From a virus, in the IMG/VR virus record IMGVR_UViG_3300010938_000009, positions 32,001 to 96,000 of that record: a stretch of DNA of 64,000 bases; one strand, 5' to 3'. Shown piece after piece: positions 61,276 to 64,000 of the stretch. The translations under genes and the position numbers were made by a program. Position 1 is the first letter of the stretch, and the number at the start of each line of letters is the position of its first letter. The notes beneath the pieces are model-generated. The model was not told the DNA's origin, searched no databases, and was given only the letters and a program-made list of their open reading frames with translations.

Positions 61276-62695
61276 ATGAAACCTAATAGTTTTACCGATA
61301 AAGACAAAGAAAAGATAATTTCTTTTTTAAATATGATAGCAGAAAAAGGTGAGTTTAAATTTAAAGTAGAAGATAGTATAAAATTCTACGGATTACTTTC
61401 TTATTTTCAAACTGAATTATTAAAAAAAGTAGACTCTCATATATTAGAAGTAAAAAATTATATAGAACCTAAACTTGAAGTTAAACCTATAACTAAGAAG
61501 AAATAAACTATGGCTTTTCTACCTTTAGATGGACCTTCTTTACAATCTGCTGTAAATGTTACAGATTCTGTAGTATTTAGAGTTAAAGTTGGTAGTTCAG
61601 AATTTGAAGAAAGAGACGTAGTTTCTATTCACCCTATAAATGGTAAAATATGGGTATTTTTCGGAGATAATATAACAGTACCTAGTGCTGCTGATGTTAA
61701 AAATAAAGGATTTCCTCAACCTAAAAATTCATTCAGAACTTATGAAGCTTCAGGTAGTCAAGAAATATATATAGTAGCTGATACAGGTACAGTTAATGTA
61801 AGATTTGCGGAGAGAGGCTAATGAGTAGAAGAGATCTTCATAATCCTGTAGCAGAAGAAATTCCTTACGATGATCAAAATATCCCTACAAATTTAGGAGA
61901 TAATACTCAAAAAGCTATTGATAATTTATATAATAAAGTAGCTACTTCTGCCAGTCCAGGATTTACTTGGGGAAGATCAGGGACCGCCCCACCTAATACT
62001 TGGTTATTAAACGATTCAGTACCATCTAATACTTCAGGTAGAACGGTATTTTTAAATAATGCTGAAATACAAAATGTATTCGTAGCTAATCAAGATGCAA
62101 CTTCAGGTATAATTTTAGGTGTTTATTCTCATGAAGGGAATGAAGTTAATTTAACTTTATTAGGAACGGTTACTACAATAGCTACTAGGAGTAATACTTT
62201 TACTGTAGCTTTTCCAATAGCTGTAAATAAACAAATAGGTATAAAAATTATGCCAGGTTCAGCTTCTTCTAAAAATATAGTAGTAGGTATTTTAATTAGA
62301 GGAAGTAACTAATGCCTAAAATATTAAAAAATATAACAATTTCTGATATATCTATAAAAGATACAGGAATAACTATAGCAGCAGGGAGTCAATATATAAT
62401 TCAACCTCAAGATTTTTGGTTATGGTCTTCTTCTGAAGACGTTGTAACAGAAATTATAGCTGGTAATATTATAGTTAATGACGGCGAAGATGATTTTACT
62501 AATAAAAGAGCTGCAATAGCATTAATTCAAGAAAATAAAGTAGTACTCAACGAACATTATACGTTAGTTCAGGATGATGACGTATTGATAGGTAATGGGC
62601 AAATATTATTTTTAAATGATGAATTTGATACAACTGATAATGTTCCCGACTACTTAGACGAACAAATCGAAGATGACAATCCGACGGAGAGCTAA
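61276..62695 (+). CDS. Four late hypothetical/structural proteins (61276, 61510, 61821, 62312)
   Basis: ORF track; coupled TAATG overlaps. Confidence 0.55.
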
Positions 62696-62697
62696 AT

Positions 62698-64000
62698 ATG
62701 GCTAAACATATATTTAAAGGTTCAGGTGCTCCAACATTTGCACCAAGACAAGTAGGACATCATTACGTTGATTTAGTTAGTGGTGATCAATATTTATCAA
62801 AAGGTACTGCTACACCAACAGACTGGGTACTATTGACTCCTAGCATCGACGATAAAGTTAAGATTAGCGCAGCAGATACTACTTCAGGTTACTTAAATAG
62901 TGAACTTACTGTAGATAATGGAATAAATTCTACTAATCCTTTAGAAAAAAGTATTGTTAATCCTGGAGCAGATGAAAAATTAAATATTAGACTAGATCAA
63001 ACTAAATTAGCTATATTAGCTTCACAAGTTACAGATTTTAACGAAGCTGCTCAAGACGCTGTTGGTGGAATTTTAACTGATTCATCCTCTGTTGATTTCA
63101 CTTATAATGATAGTACAAATACTATAACTGCTTCTGTTCTTTATGGAACCCCTACAACTTTAATTCCCGATGGTGGAAACATTGCAGGAACAGCTAATAC
63201 TGCAGCAAGAAGTGATCACACGCACGATGTGCCAACCGCAGTAGCTTCTACAAATAACGTAGATCAAGCTAACGCTGAAGGTAGTTCTGCTAGTTTTGCT
63301 AGAGCGGATCATATTCATAATATTCCTACAGCCACTCCTACAGATATAGGCTCAGATAACTATGCAGGCTCGGCTACCACTACTGTTAAATCAGATCACG
63401 TACACAAAGGCGTACATTCCTTAGCTAAAACAACAGGAGATACTACTCAGCTTTTCGGAGACATAACCTTAGAAGAAGGTAGTGGAATAACTATTACTAG
63501 AAATAGTAATAAACTTACTTTCTCTACTCAAGCCTCAAGTGCAAAATCACAAGTAGCTTATGAAGATTTTCTATTTGATGCCTACGCAGGTGGTGGTAGT
63601 AATGATAATCCATATTCATTTCAAACTACTTCTAACGCAGGATCTTCTGATATAGAAACTACCGCTACTGGTAATGATTACATGGGAATGCACGTATTAA
63701 GTACTCTGGCTTCTGCTAGTTCTAGACCACTCTTAGAATCCTTCGGAGGATTTAATAAACTTATATTAGGCGGCTTAGATTTCAGTTATGAAATTCGAGT
63801 AAGAATGCCCACATTATCTGATGGAACCAATACTTATACTGTCAGATTTGGTTTGATGGATGGTATTGCTGCAGGTCAACCAGCTAATGGAGTTATTTTC
63901 TCTTATACTAACGGAACTAACTCTGGAAGATGGAGAGGAAGCACCATAGCTTCATCTACCGCTACTAATGTAGATAGTACTATAACTGTAACAGCTAATA
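62698..64000 (+). CDS. Tail fibre-like protein (runs off the window end)
   Basis: Open from ATG 62698: MAKHIFKGSGAP..., VTDFNEAAQDAVG, three (AR/VK).DH.H repeats. Confidence 0.65.
   Translation, partial: MAKHIFKGSGAPTFAPRQVGHHYVDLVSGDQYLSKGTATPTDWVLLTPSIDDKVKISAADTTSGYLNSELTVDNGINSTNPLEKSIVNPGADEKLNIRLDQTKLAILASQVTDFNEAAQDAVGGILTDSSSVDFTYNDSTNTITASVLYGTPTTLIPDGGNIAGTANTAARSDHTHDVPTAVASTNNVDQANAEGSSASFARADHIHNIPTATPTDIGSDNYAGSATTTVKSDHVHKGVHSLAKTTGDTTQLFGDITLEEGSGITITRNSNKLTFSTQASSAKSQVAYEDFLFDAYAGGGSNDNPYSFQTTSNAGSSDIETTATGNDYMGMHVLSTLASASSRPLLESFGGFNKLILGGLDFSYEIRVRMPTLSDGTNTYTVRFGLMDGIAAGQPANGVIFSYTNGTNSGRWRGSTIASSTATNVDSTITVTAN

Overview
AT-rich fragment of a large tailed dsDNA phage, with no integrase, CRISPR array or host chromosomal genes seen. 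There are two divergent arms around a mostly non-coding switch region (~43.4-44.8 kb). The minus-strand arm (1-43.9 kb) carries early, replication and nucleotide-metabolism genes: class II RNR, tRNA-Met(CAT), RuvC, dUTPase, RecA, CYTH protein, intein-containing PolA, aminotransferase, two ClpP-like proteases, two DEDDh exonucleases, ATP-dependent ligase, primase-helicase, ERF, a Cas4-like nuclease, a frameshifted FGE/CLec gene, SLT, a MoxR-AAA/VWA-metallopeptidase pair (with intein), a subtilase and a class I cytochrome c. The plus-strand arm carries ~15 small ORFs sharing a C-terminal helix-Leu-Tyr motif, then terminase, portal, scaffold, major capsid protein and virion proteins. The most striking feature is the portal gene, which appears split into five exons by four interruptions although only one group I ribozyme core is present. 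Two interruptions are core-less mini-introns (43 and 57 nt), each with a U.G-terminated P1, a P10, a GNRA hairpin and a terminal G. One is a 2-nt 'AG' bulged from a P1/P10 guide helix. The last is the core-containing intron, whose ligated junction is matched by a 12-nt internal guide. Removing all four restores one 645-aa frame. All calls are by eye from motifs; no database searches or folding programs were run.
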